From Candidatus Brocadiia bacterium (GTDB lineage: Bacteria; Planctomycetota; Brocadiia; CAIUPP01): DNA of 64,000 nucleotides. The stretch is from NCBI GenBank assembly GCA_050015075.1, contig JBEKCB010000025.1, positions 1 through 64,000 on the forward strand. The letters run 5' to 3'. The notes beneath the pieces are model-generated. The model searched no databases. It saw nothing but the letters and a program-made list of their open reading frames with translations, and was not told the origin of the DNA. Below are positions 46,701-56,286 of this stretch, piece by piece (the first letter of the stretch is position 1; each line of letters starts with the position of its first letter). The position numbers and the translations under genes were made by a program.

Positions 46701-47518
46701 ACGCGGCGCGAGACCCAGTGCACGGCGGGATGGTAGAAGAGGAGCGTTTCGGCGACGGTCTGGAAAAGGTTGACGAGGTAGTCATGGCGGCGGACGTGCG
46801 CCAGCTCATGGGCCAGGATCGCCTCCAACTGCTGCGGCGACAATTGAGTCAGGACGCTGGCGGGGAAGAGGATCACGGGCCGGAACCAGCCGATCACGAC
46901 CGGCGCGTCGGCGATGGCGGATGTCAGCAGGCGGACGGGGCGCGCTACGCTCAGTTTGCGGGTGAGATCTTTCAGGCGATCCTGGAGCGTTTCGGACGCC
47001 CCGACGCCGGACCGCCGGATTCGCCTCACGCCGCTCCAGCCGAAGAGCAGACGGATCGAAAGGCACAGCACGCCACAGAACCACGCGCCGACGAACCATC
47101 GCAGGTTGGCCTCGATCCAATGCATCGCCCGCGCTTGCCAGGGGCGAGGCGCGGCCGGCGGGAGAAGCGGCGGCGGCCTGGGAGAAACACGCGCCGCAGA
47201 AGGATCAGCGGCCGGCGCGGAAACGGCGACGTTTCCCGATGGAGCGTTATCCGGCAGTTCAGGAAGTCCGGCCAACGCTCGCTGCGGGCTTCCCGGCAGC
47301 GGCGCGAGATGCCAATACGTGAGGACCGGCGCGGCGGTCATGAGCAGCAGCGCGCCGCACGCGGCCACGTATCGCGCGCCGGCGGTTGCGCGACGCAGCA
47401 GAAGCAGCGTCAGCGTCAGCAGCACCGCAACCGCCGCACCCTGCCACAGGAAGTGAATCAACGCCCAGCCGAACCGCACGACCGCCGGATGCGACAGGAG
47501 AGATTGCAGCCCGCTCAT
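43715..47518 (-). CDS. BlaR1-like M56 peptidase sensor with large extracytoplasmic domains
   Basis: GW.LIHFLWQG, AHELAHVRRHD, FYHPAV.W......EREHCCDD. Confidence 0.92.
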   Translation of the reverse strand: MSGLQSLLSHPAVVRFGWALIHFLWQGAAVAVLLTLTLLLLRRATAGARYVAACGALLLMTAAPVLTYWHLAPLPGSPQRALAGLPELPDNAPSGNVAVSAPAADPSAARVSPRPPPLLPPAAPRPWQARAMHWIEANLRWFVGAWFCGVLCLSIRLLFGWSGVRRIRRSGVGASETLQDRLKDLTRKLSVARPVRLLTSAIADAPVVIGWFRPVILFPASVLTQLSPQQLEAILAHELAHVRRHDYLVNLFQTVAETLLFYHPAVHWVSRRVRVEREHCCDDLAVSACGDPALYARALARLAEMSVAAPRLVPAAGGQLLGRIRRLLSADARRDRRASVWVGGTVLIAALLACVVALGASKAGGEQKAEAPAANGSEIVTPLDEYSRLHEVPATDDALRAPTPEEIRKFGALWPDVPAEQNAAYYFAKAAKAVAPFEERPAGSLRGIEPYTGNVAAFEKWVELNQPAFKLMREGLKQKVYRPIFLISKKEGQPVADVEFLAAVRNLARTCADAGFLAELQGRPDDAARTYAECLQLGTALRQHGPLIQELVAMAIMAIGQRNMDALVANGGLDEAALRTVIRQCREAEVRPDEPATCWATEVAYGEVLMSLEKNPAGNAIIYDQWRKQRAALSRIIEKKTLAELLQQNTAKEIVEIGTKEPGAVPDPIFRPIVRAFGELGRLDVRLRATEIRAAIALYQKAHGAPPDSLDLLCPGILPSRRIDPFSGEPMRYARTETGWKVWSVGEDNVDHGGVSDETPEALRRGPYYWKGPDYVFLSDIASNLELRSTMGKPQSASPLPSSSPPASTEKPAEGGSNLTGTKEAKTIGLDAILKQGPGQPASQELISKMLKENSPWLRPPLRSLAYTFSMAHTGKDNTWEAEVAYTAPNDLTIAFPKEKIYSGKADDTYDPRNTPYPIGLRTIVQGVTFVSPLEEFQAAPQRYGVSMIGEEAASGREAFVLHIKPIGRPSEKAIQQWDAGLRAAATGAKYEYEFFPAEQEIGGVKRTVIGLKCLREEGPSWKALLAAQRANPARIEWGEEIISLSMRDLHGETRPVIVREYNLKFTGKSSITVLNYWAGGENGTPDLFLGEGERMMNEAYYRELKARNPGPKLTLPMRVACGIWDRWYGFRDSHADLDQVWIDKETGDVLREEGFLEGRCEFVIEYGDWEALPDGGRAPTHVTVSLPPSYPDTHGVAEFDMRFTTLGGKAWILDHLAESFDAAGVSVTATVSDVNAVPENPMEAPPAEKAKGTPASPQAPHTGDLR

Positions 47519-47907
47519 TTTCGGCCCTCCTCGAATTCATCCAGAAGCTTGCGGATTCTCGCGATCTCGCCGCGCGACATCTTCCTGGCATGGAGCGCGT
47601 GCATCAGGAGCTTCTCCGCCGATCCCCCGAAGGCGCGCTCGAGCATGTCCTCAGCCAGCCGGCGAAGGGTTCGTTCCCTGGGCATGGCCGCGCGGCAGAC
47701 GTGCGCGCGCTGCGACTCGTCGCGCAGCACCAGGCCCTTCTCCGTCATGATCTGGATGAGCTTGAGCGTGGTCGTATAGCGCGTGTCGCGGTCCGCGCTG
47801 AGCGCCTCGTGCACGTCCCGGACCGTGCACGGGCCGCGCTCCCAAAGCACGTTGAGGATCTCGAGTTCCGCGTCGGTGGGTCGCCGCAAACCCCTCTCGG
47901 CCATCAT
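47515..47907 (-). CDS. BlaI/MecI/CopY-family repressor
   Basis: PTDAELEIL.VLW.RGP.TVR.V......YTT.LK..Q.M.EKG. Confidence 0.93.
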   Translation of the reverse strand: MMAERGLRRPTDAELEILNVLWERGPCTVRDVHEALSADRDTRYTTTLKLIQIMTEKGLVLRDESQRAHVCRAAMPRERTLRRLAEDMLERAFGGSAEKLLMHALHARKMSRGEIARIRKLLDEFEEGRK

Positions 47908-47938
47908 CGTTCCTCCCCTGGAATCATCACCTGACGGA

Positions 47939-47981
47939 ATTATATACGACGAGCTTCGTATTGTCAACGAAGATTTTCGTA
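47939..47981 (-). promoter_or_regulatory. sigma-70 promoter with two operator palindromes
   Basis: TTGACA (47962-67)-17-TATAAT (47939-44); ACGA-N6-TCGT twice (47944-61, 47966-81). Confidence 0.8.
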
Positions 47982-48206
47982 TTTCTTAACCGCGTTGCGC
48001 CTTTTGCCGTCGCCGGTCCACCGGAAAGCCCCGGCTCCGGCCTCATCAACGGCGCGACGTGACGAGCGCGCAGGGGCCGATCGTTTTCCAGTGTCGCCTT
48101 AGTCCGGGCGGCCGGAGAAGAGGCCTCCTTGACAAGCGAGATTCCGAGGGTCAGAATGCGACGCGGGATGGCTGACCGTCGAGGTGCAAAGGAACGGAGG
48201 AATATC

Positions 48207-49808
48207 ATGTTCAGAAAGATCTTAGCGTTCGGTCTCTCTGCGGCGGCAGTCGCGTGTCTGGCGACTCCGGGTTGGAGCCAGGAGAAGCCGGTCGTCATTT
48301 ACACCAGGGACAACGCCCCGGCGGCGCCGAAGCTCGATGAGCTGCCGTTGAAAGACAGCCTCTCGCAATACGGCATGACCTGGACGTTCGCCAAGCCGGC
48401 GCGGGTCGGGCAATTCGTCAACGGCGACTTCTACGTCGTCGGCGTCGTGACGATCACCGCGATCGCGCCCCGGCCTCTTTACGGCGCCGAGATCCCCGCG
48501 GACCAGCTCGACCCGACCGACAAGGAGGTGCGGGAAAAGGACCGCGTCCGCAACGGCTTCATGATCAATCCGCCCGCCGAGGAAAAAGTCGCTTACGACA
48601 GCGGCGTCAAGCACTTTTTCGACCCGGCGCTGGTCCGGAAGCTCCCGGTCTCCATGAAGCCGGGCGATTGCCTCGTCTCGACGATCAGCATGCCGATGGG
48701 CCTGGCGCTTCCGGTCTGGCTGAGGAACGCGACCGAACACCGCGCCGAGTCGGATTACAGCCCCGTCAAAGACGCTGCCGTGCTGACCTGCGTCGCCGAG
48801 CCGCAGCCGCTCGACGCGTTCCGCCCGGCGTTCTGCGACCGCACTCAGAAAATCTACCTGGCCCGCAACCTGAAGCGCGAGCTGCTGCCCGCCCTCGCCG
48901 CTCCCGCCGACATGCCCAAGCCCGAGGAATATGTCCGCTACACGCAGCGGCCGTGGGTCAACACGTGCTACTTCGGCTTCGAGGAACCTAATAACAACAT
49001 GCCCTCGTACGGCCGCGAGATCGGCCGCGTCGTCGGCAATTCGGCGCTGCTCCTGTGCTCGAACCTCACGCCTCAGCAGAAAGAACCGCTCCTCGACAAC
49101 CTCGTCCAGATCGGGATAGACCTCGGCGGCATCATCCGCGGCGGACATTCCGGATGGCCCTGCTGGGGCGGACACGGCACCGGCCGCAAGCTTCCCATCG
49201 TCTTTGCCGGATTCCTTCTCGGCGACGAGGAGCTTGCCCATATCAATAAATCCTTCCCCAAAGCCAGCTTCAGCGAAGACGAACAGACCGCCTACGGCGA
49301 CTGCTGGACCGGCGCCAAGGTCGTGTTCACCGGGCACTCCGGCATTGAAGAAGCCACCGGGATCGGCCGCGACTACGTCCGGGAATCCAGAACCTGGGGC
49401 CCCTACGAACACACGCAGCCTTCGACCTGGGGAAGCGGCCAGGTGACCAGCGAAAACTATCGCCGCAGCAGCACCACCCACGGCTGGGTCGCGCAGGCGT
49501 TGGCCCTCCGCCTGCTGCACGCCGAAAAAGCCTGGGACCACGACGCGTTCTTCGACTACGTTGACCGCTGGATGTACGAGAACGACGACTCGCCGATCAA
49601 GGTCCTCAAAGCCGCCGGCCATGACTACGACCAGGACTGGTCGCGACAAGGCTCATGCTGGGAACAGTTCGTCAACGAAATGTGGGCGCAATACCGCGCC
49701 GCTCCCGGCATGCCGCCGACCGACGGCTGGAAGCAGCAGCACGACGATAGCTATTACAGGAACGCCATCGCCAAGGAACTCAAAGGCCCTGCGCAGCGCG
49801 GCAGATAG
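48207..49808 (+). CDS. Secreted protein of unknown function, paralog 3
   Basis: GGAGG RBS; paralog of 28811-30409. Confidence 0.9.
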   Translation: MFRKILAFGLSAAAVACLATPGWSQEKPVVIYTRDNAPAAPKLDELPLKDSLSQYGMTWTFAKPARVGQFVNGDFYVVGVVTITAIAPRPLYGAEIPADQLDPTDKEVREKDRVRNGFMINPPAEEKVAYDSGVKHFFDPALVRKLPVSMKPGDCLVSTISMPMGLALPVWLRNATEHRAESDYSPVKDAAVLTCVAEPQPLDAFRPAFCDRTQKIYLARNLKRELLPALAAPADMPKPEEYVRYTQRPWVNTCYFGFEEPNNNMPSYGREIGRVVGNSALLLCSNLTPQQKEPLLDNLVQIGIDLGGIIRGGHSGWPCWGGHGTGRKLPIVFAGFLLGDEELAHINKSFPKASFSEDEQTAYGDCWTGAKVVFTGHSGIEEATGIGRDYVRESRTWGPYEHTQPSTWGSGQVTSENYRRSSTTHGWVAQALALRLLHAEKAWDHDAFFDYVDRWMYENDDSPIKVLKAAGHDYDQDWSRQGSCWEQFVNEMWAQYRAAPGMPPTDGWKQQHDDSYYRNAIAKELKGPAQRGR

Positions 49809-49966
49809 CTTCTGATGATGCGAACGGAGCCATTTGAAAAACTCCAGTCCAATGGGCTATTCTAGGCAGGATGCTCCTGTGGAGCGCTGTTGCCGCTCAA
49901 TCCCTGCGCCCATCGGCCGAACATTAATGCAGGGCTGTTGACCGCGCCGGACTGGAGGAAAAGTCG

Positions 49967-51418
49967 TTGCTCTTCACCGAACCTGCATTCCTGTTCTTCT
50001 TCCTGCCCATCGTGCTGGCCATTTATTTCATCCCGATGCGCTGGCACCGCAACGCGGTGCTGCTGCTGTCGAGCCTGCTCTTCTACGCCTGGGGCGAGCC
50101 GCGGTTCGTGGTCGTGCTGTTCGGCTCGTTCATCCTGAATTACTTCATGGGATTGTGGGTCGGCCGGACGCTCGGCACGCCGCGCGCCAAAAAGGTCCTG
50201 GCCCTCGCCGTCGCGCTCAACCTCCTGATCCTGGCCACGTGGAAATACGCGAACTTCTTCGTGGCCAACCTCGACGCGGCGCTGATCGCCGCCGGCGTCC
50301 GCCCGTTCCACCTCGCGCACATCACCCTGCCGCTCGGCATTTCGTTCTTCACGTTCCACGCGATGTCCTACGTAATTGACGTCTACCGCCGGAACGCGCC
50401 GGCGCAGAAGAACCCGCTGAACATCGCGATGTATCTCTCGCTCTTCCCGCAGCTCATCGCCGGGCCGATCGTGCGGTACAAGGACATCGCCGGCCAGCTC
50501 GACGAAAGGACCGTGACCGCGGAGCGCTTCGCGTACGGCATCCAGCGCTTTGTGCTGGGGCTGGGCAAGAAGATGCTCATCGCGAATACGGTGGCCGTCG
50601 TCGCGGACAAGGTCTTCGCGCTGCCGACCGGCCAGATGACCGCCGCCCTGGCGTGGCTGGGCGCGGTCTGCTACGCGCTGCAGATCTATTTCGACTTCTC
50701 CGGCTATTCCGACATGGCCGTCGGGCTCGGGCACATGTTCGGGTTCAAGTTCATCGAGAACTTCAACTACCCGTACATCTCGCGCTCGATCACGGAATTC
50801 TGGCGGCGGTGGCACATCTCGCTCTCGACCTGGTTCCGCGATTATCTCTACATACCGCTCGGCGGGAACCGCTGCGCGCCGTGGCGGGTATACTTCAACC
50901 TCGTCACCGTCTTCGCGCTCTGCGGACTGTGGCACGGAGCGAGCTGGACCTTCCTCGTCTGGGGGCTTTTCCACGGCGCGTTCCTGGTGATCGAGCGCGT
51001 GGGATTCGGCCGCGTGCTGGAGAAGCTCTGGTCGCCGTTGAGCCACGTCTACGCCATGCTCGCGGTCCTGGTCGGCTGGGTGCTCTTCCGCTCCGACACG
51101 CTCGGTTACGCGTTGAGCTATCTTAAAGTCATGGCCGGCCTCGCGCAGCCGTCGCCCGTCCACGACACCGTGGGCATGTATCTCGATCGCGAACTGGCGC
51201 AGGCGCTTTGCGCGGGAATCCTCTTCAGCACGCCGGTGGTGCCGGCGCTGATCGGATGGTGGCAGCGCACCTCGGAAAAAATCCCTGTGGCCGTCCGGCC
51301 GTGGGCTGGAATCGCCGCCACGTCCACCGGGATGTTCTGCCTTGGCGCCATTTTCGTGCTGTGCGCGATCCTGACGGCCGCCGGCACGTACAACCCGTTC
51401 ATCTACTTCAGGTTTTAG
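49967..51418 (+). CDS. MBOAT O-acyltransferase, AlgI-like
   Basis: LPLGISFFTF, FPQLIAGPIVR, QIYFDFSGYSDMA, FWRRWHISLS, GLWHGA, YNPFIYFRF. Confidence 0.93.
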   Translation: MLFTEPAFLFFFLPIVLAIYFIPMRWHRNAVLLLSSLLFYAWGEPRFVVVLFGSFILNYFMGLWVGRTLGTPRAKKVLALAVALNLLILATWKYANFFVANLDAALIAAGVRPFHLAHITLPLGISFFTFHAMSYVIDVYRRNAPAQKNPLNIAMYLSLFPQLIAGPIVRYKDIAGQLDERTVTAERFAYGIQRFVLGLGKKMLIANTVAVVADKVFALPTGQMTAALAWLGAVCYALQIYFDFSGYSDMAVGLGHMFGFKFIENFNYPYISRSITEFWRRWHISLSTWFRDYLYIPLGGNRCAPWRVYFNLVTVFALCGLWHGASWTFLVWGLFHGAFLVIERVGFGRVLEKLWSPLSHVYAMLAVLVGWVLFRSDTLGYALSYLKVMAGLAQPSPVHDTVGMYLDRELAQALCAGILFSTPVVPALIGWWQRTSEKIPVAVRPWAGIAATSTGMFCLGAIFVLCAILTAAGTYNPFIYFRF

Positions 51419-51595
51419 CACGGCGGGCCGGAAAAAAGATGCGTAATCTCTGGTCATTCCGAGCGGAGCGAGGAATCTCATGCGCTGCTTGTAATGGCGC
51501 CGTCAGGCGCTACTTCGTATGCCCTGACGGGCACACTACGAGCAGCATGACGCAGGTTGAACTTACGTGAGTAATTTGCAGGACGCGATACCAGC

Positions 51596-52765
51596 ATGGG
51601 CGAGAGACAGAACCGAATCGGCCGCGGCGCGCGGAACTACGTCCTGATCGCCGCATTCGTCGCGGCGACCTGGCTGCCGATGGCCGGCATGCTCTTCCGC
51701 CCGACGACGGCGCGCCCGCTTTCCGAAAACCGGGAGATGGCGCCCCTGCCGAAATTCGGCTGGCGCCCGGCTGCTTTGAAGTTATTCGTGTTCGACCTCA
51801 AGCCTTATCTGCGCGACAACTTCGGCTTCCGGCCCGAACTGATCCATTGGTACCACCTCCTCAAGGGCCGGCTGCTGGGCGCGTCCTCCTCGCCGCTGGT
51901 CCTGTTCGGGAAACAGGGTTGGCTTTTCTATGCCGGCGAGCACGCCGTGGACGACTACCGGTGCGTGACGCCCTACACAAACGAGGAACTCGACGGCATG
52001 CAGCGGCAGTTCGAGCAGGAACGCGACTGGCTTGCCCAGCGCGGCATCAAGTACCTTCTCGTCTTCGTCCCGAACAACCAGACGCTCTACCCGGAATTCC
52101 TTCCGGACGGGTTGACGCGACTGCGCCCTGAATCCCGCCTGGACCAGTTTGTCGCTCACATGCGCAAGAACTCCACGGTCGAACTCCTCGACCTGCGGCC
52201 GGTTCTGCTGGAAGCCAAGGAGAAGATGCGCGTCTCCCGCCGCACGGACTCGCACTGGACCGAGTACGGCGCGTTCATCGGCTACCAGGCCATCATGCAG
52301 AAACTCTGCGCCTGGTTCCCGGCGCTGAAACCGCCCCGGATCGAAGACTTCACCATCGTGACCCGAATGCGCCCGGGCGGCGACCTCACGGAAATGATTG
52401 ACGCCGAAGACGAGCGCCAGGAGGAAAGCATCGAGTTGATTCCGCTTACGCCGCGGCGAGCCGTCCAGAGCAAAATCCGCGACACGGCGCGGGTGAACGG
52501 CAAGCTGGTCCCCGCCATCAGCGTCGCTGAAGTCCCGCAGCCCGGCTGGCCGAGGGCCGTCATGTTGCACGACTCCAGCGGCGGCATGCGCGGCCTGATG
52601 CCGTTCCTTTCCGAGGACTTCAGCCGCATCGCCTTCGTGGCCACGAGGCGGTTTCAGCGCAAAATCATCGAGGCCGAAAAGCCCGACGTGGTCATCCGCC
52701 AATTCACGGAACGGTTTTTGATGTTGGACCTGGAGAACTTTCTCGACCAGGACGACGCGCCCTGA
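51596..52765 (+). CDS. AlgJ/AlgX-like O-acetyltransferase
   Basis: DNFGFR, GKQGWLFY, YPEFLP, TDSHWT.YGA, GDL..M; follows the AlgI-like gene. Confidence 0.88.
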   Translation: MGERQNRIGRGARNYVLIAAFVAATWLPMAGMLFRPTTARPLSENREMAPLPKFGWRPAALKLFVFDLKPYLRDNFGFRPELIHWYHLLKGRLLGASSSPLVLFGKQGWLFYAGEHAVDDYRCVTPYTNEELDGMQRQFEQERDWLAQRGIKYLLVFVPNNQTLYPEFLPDGLTRLRPESRLDQFVAHMRKNSTVELLDLRPVLLEAKEKMRVSRRTDSHWTEYGAFIGYQAIMQKLCAWFPALKPPRIEDFTIVTRMRPGGDLTEMIDAEDERQEESIELIPLTPRRAVQSKIRDTARVNGKLVPAISVAEVPQPGWPRAVMLHDSSGGMRGLMPFLSEDFSRIAFVATRRFQRKIIEAEKPDVVIRQFTERFLMLDLENFLDQDDAP

Positions 52766-52868
52766 GCCTCCCAGGGCCAACGCCTGCCGGCCTTTTTCCC
52801 ACGCGCTCCGAACTTGTGAGTTCCGGGGCGAGTTCCAGAACTCCCCGCGGCGTCTGCAGCCGCTCCTG

Positions 52869-54050
52869 TCACGCGAGCGGTATCTCCGTCTCTTTCCCCT
52901 TTCGCTCGTCGGAGAGATACGCCGCGTAGATCGAGCTGATCGTGTCGCAGGCGAGTCCCAGGTCGGACTGCGGCACGCGCTTCTCCACCACGCACGCCAG
53001 GAAATCCTGCATCTCCGCGATGTATCCCAGGGTGATATTCTCGTCGGGGCTGATGGCGGTCCAGCCTTCCTTGGTGCTGATCTTCTCGACGGTGTAGATG
53101 TCCTTGAACTGCTCCGCCTTCGGATTGAACGCATCCACCATGTTGATCGGGCTGAGATTGCAGCGCGTCCGGTGGTTGTTGGCGAAAATCTCGACGTAGT
53201 TGTGGATGCCGCCCAGGACGATCTCGCCGCTGATGACGTCGGCCACGGTTCCATCTTCAAAGGTGATATGCATCCACCCCTGGTCTTCGGTATCGTGGTA
53301 CTTGGTCCGGATAAATCCTCGGTCCTGGTAGCCGGGCAGGCGCGTGATCCGCTCGCAGCGCGAAGTCACGCTCTTCGGGCGGATGGGTTTGCCGTTGCGA
53401 TGGAGGCCCTCCACGCGTTTCAGGTACAGCGCGGCGGAAAGCGGGTGGCAGATTTTGCCCATGAGCGACCCGCCGCCCTGAAAGCGCCAGATGCCATAGA
53501 AGGCGGAGCCGGAGCCGTTGTGCGATTCCTCGCCCAGGATGCGCAGCACCTGGGCGCCGGTTTTCTCGATGATCTCGCGCTCTTTCTGGATGGCCGGCGC
53601 ATAGACGAAGTTCTCCGCGTAGCAGAAGACGACGCCCGACCGGCGGATGGTCTCGGCGAGTCTCGCCAGACTCCGGCCGACCTTCTTCAGCATCGGCCCT
53701 TTGGGGTCCCGGTCGCCGCGATACTCCTGCCCGCAGCCTTTCGGCCCGAAGTAGCCGGTGAGCGGCTTTTCGCAGATGATGTGGACTCCGCGTTCGGCGG
53801 CGAGGAGCATCCCTTCCTCGTGCGCGGCCGGCGGCGAGACGATGTCCAGCACGTCAACGTGCGGCAGCATTGAGGCGACGTCGTCGAAGGCCGGAATGCC
53901 GTGCCGTTTGCCGAAGGCCTTGCGGCTCTCCGGACGCAACGAGGTCACACCCGTCATTTGCACCTGCACACCGTGCACTTGAAGCAGCGATTCCAGATGA
54001 AACTTTGCCGCGACCCCAGCGCCCACGAGGCCCACGCGGATGGTTTCCAC
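52869..54050 (-). CDS. Gfo/Idh/MocA oxidoreductase
   Basis: VGLVGAG, CEKPLTG, YAEN.VYAP, GGGSL. Confidence 0.9.
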   Translation of the reverse strand: METIRVGLVGAGVAAKFHLESLLQVHGVQVQMTGVTSLRPESRKAFGKRHGIPAFDDVASMLPHVDVLDIVSPPAAHEEGMLLAAERGVHIICEKPLTGYFGPKGCGQEYRGDRDPKGPMLKKVGRSLARLAETIRRSGVVFCYAENFVYAPAIQKEREIIEKTGAQVLRILGEESHNGSGSAFYGIWRFQGGGSLMGKICHPLSAALYLKRVEGLHRNGKPIRPKSVTSRCERITRLPGYQDRGFIRTKYHDTEDQGWMHITFEDGTVADVISGEIVLGGIHNYVEIFANNHRTRCNLSPINMVDAFNPKAEQFKDIYTVEKISTKEGWTAISPDENITLGYIAEMQDFLACVVEKRVPQSDLGLACDTISSIYAAYLSDERKGKETEIPLA

Positions 54051-54201
54051 GGATTTTCCCTTTCATTGCGGAGCATGAAAGGCATTAATGTAATCGCAGA
54101 AGGGAGAACCTGTCAAAGGCCGCGCCGACCCGCAGCCGCGCCTCCATCAGCTTTCGGCCGCGCCGTCCACTTTGCAGAACTTCCGGATCAGGCGCGCGCT
54201 C

Positions 54202-54347
54202 CTAGTGCTTCCTTGCGGAAATAGGCGTCCTATTTCCGCAAGGAAGCATGACGGCAATAAACCGCGTCGTTATACCGAGTTATGAGTTCCGTTGGGCCAT
54301 GTTTAGTTGCGTAAATTGGTACGCCAATTTACGCAACTAAACACTAG
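54202..54347. mobile_element. 146-bp MITE-like element, copy 2
   Basis: Near-identical to 95-240; its terminal CTAG is the stop codon of the neighbouring gene. Confidence 0.8.
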
Positions 54348-55699
54348 GGCGGGAAGAGTTCGTTGATCGCCATGAGCGTCTCCGCGACGAGTTGCGCGCC
54401 GCCCTCGGGGCCGACGGAGGAAACCGCAGGAATGACGCTGTATCCGCCTCCCTGCATGGAGCGCGCGGTGGGCAGGTACATGCCGTGCCCGACGAGCTGG
54501 ATCAGCATCGTCTGCGCGGCGGGGCTGCGCGCTTTGATCTGCAGGCCGTAGTCGAGGAACAGCTCAAACGGGTTCGTCGCAATCGCCATGTCGCCCAGTC
54601 GCAGGATGTGCAGATCCACCGGAACGGGCATGAGTTCGCGCGGGTGATCGAAGGCGTCCACCACCGCCTGCTGACGGCTCGGCCACCAGGACTGCGACTC
54701 GGCCTTCTTCGCGATCCACTCCGCGCGGGTCTTCTCGGCCCAGTCGCGCTCGGCGCGGGTGATCCGGCGCGGGGCCAGGCCCGGCCGCCGCGTGCGGAAT
54801 GTCAGCGGCCACTCCTTGTCTTTCTCCGGCCGCGTACAGGCGAGCGCGCGCCCCATCGCGTCGGCCACGCGCTGGGCGATCTCCTGCCGCTCCGTCAGGC
54901 CGCGCCGCTGGAGCATCTCGAGTTCCTGCTCCTGGTAAAGCAGCATGTGCGGCGACTGGTCGCCGGCGGGACTGCACAGGCCGACGACGTGCAGGCGCTC
55001 GCCGAAGCGCCGCCGCAGCTCCAGGCGGACATCGTGCCAGTAGTCGGCGGAGAATTCCTCAAGCTGCTCAGTCACCTGCGAGGAGCACGGGATCGCCAGG
55101 ACCGCGCCGGCGAGGGTGCCATCCGGCTCATAGACGAAGAGCATGTCCAGGCTGTGGTCCTCGTAGCCGGCGATGCAGACGAAGTCGTCGCGGTGCGTCC
55201 GGCCGTACATCTGCGCGCTGCCGTCGGCGTAGACCGCCAGGCGATTGTGGCCGACGACGGCATGCCCGAAGGCGCGGGCGAGGAGGCGCGGCTTGCGCGT
55301 TTCCCATGCCTCGACGACGGCCTGCGCGACGCGCTCGGCGATCCAGTCGCGGCATTCCGTCGGCGTCATCACCTCGCCGCCGGGGTGGTCGTAAGAGCCA
55401 TCCTCGAAGACGAAGGAGGTGTGCGTGTGGGTGCCGGCCAGGATCACGCGGTCGGCGAGGACCGCCGGCGCGCGCGCGGCCAGCAGGTCGCGCACGGCGC
55501 GGAGGAGTCCGTCCGAGGAAGAGACCAGGTCGCAGGAGACGAGGACGGCGCTTCCGCCGGACTTCGCGTCCTCCAGCGCCAGCGCATTGACCGTGACCGG
55601 ATCGAGCGCTTTCGTCGCAACCCGCCGGTGCATCTGTCCGGCCAGCATCGCCGGCCGGGTCGGCGTCATGTCCCGCGAAGCGAAACCTATGTTCAGCAT
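54344..55699 (-). CDS. Neutral/alkaline ceramidase-like hydrolase
   Basis: THTHT, GHNR, SADYW, AGDQSP, PFELF.DYG..IK.RS, YLPT......GGY. Confidence 0.75.
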   Translation of the reverse strand: MLNIGFASRDMTPTRPAMLAGQMHRRVATKALDPVTVNALALEDAKSGGSAVLVSCDLVSSSDGLLRAVRDLLAARAPAVLADRVILAGTHTHTSFVFEDGSYDHPGGEVMTPTECRDWIAERVAQAVVEAWETRKPRLLARAFGHAVVGHNRLAVYADGSAQMYGRTHRDDFVCIAGYEDHSLDMLFVYEPDGTLAGAVLAIPCSSQVTEQLEEFSADYWHDVRLELRRRFGERLHVVGLCSPAGDQSPHMLLYQEQELEMLQRRGLTERQEIAQRVADAMGRALACTRPEKDKEWPLTFRTRRPGLAPRRITRAERDWAEKTRAEWIAKKAESQSWWPSRQQAVVDAFDHPRELMPVPVDLHILRLGDMAIATNPFELFLDYGLQIKARSPAAQTMLIQLVGHGMYLPTARSMQGGGYSVIPAVSSVGPEGGAQLVAETLMAINELFPP

Positions 55700-56220
55700 G
55701 AACCTTATCCCCAATCCACAATTTTCCACGCGCCTGGCGGTTCACGCCCACCGTGAACCTGCTGGCTGGTATCATCCGGAATTTGCCAGAGCGTCGCCTT
55801 CCACGCGACAGCCAGGCATCCCAGCCGTATTTTGACAACCAGGGTCACCGCAATCAAGCAAGTCTTCTGCGGAGTCCGGCAGGACTTCCGGAGTTCGGCC
55901 GGAGTTCGAGTTCCGGTTTGCTGCGGACCGGTCCGCTTCTCCCCAGTCCTGGAACCCTGTACAAGACCTGTAGCCCGCCGAAAATTTCCCTGACATACGG
56001 GTGGACTCGGTCCACGGGCTTAAGAGGGACAAGCCCGTTTCCACGCGAGAGGTGCAGTAAACTGTTGAGTATCCTGAACACGGCGAATATCGTCCTGAGG
56101 AGATTTCTCAACACAGGATCCCCACTTTGGCGAAACAGATTGGGCATTCTTCTGGTCGTAAGATACGAGAAGTAATGCGATTAGGCCTGAATGTGGAGAT
56201 TCTGAAACTGGGTGTATAGG

Positions 56221-56236
56221 CGGCACGGCGATTGCT
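56221..56236 (+). promoter_or_regulatory. sigma-54 -24/-12 site upstream of PEP-CTERM gene
   Basis: CGGCACGGCGATTGCT (GG-N10-GC), about 50 bp before the start. Confidence 0.65.
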
Positions 56237-56286
56237 GTGCTTCACGCGCATATTACAAGATCGTTTATGCTATTCTTTTTGGAGGG

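Noticed and set aside
55753-56175. ORFs in the 55.7-56.2 kb intergenic region
   Set aside because: No recognisable motifs or RBS; more likely the regulatory region of the PEP-CTERM gene.
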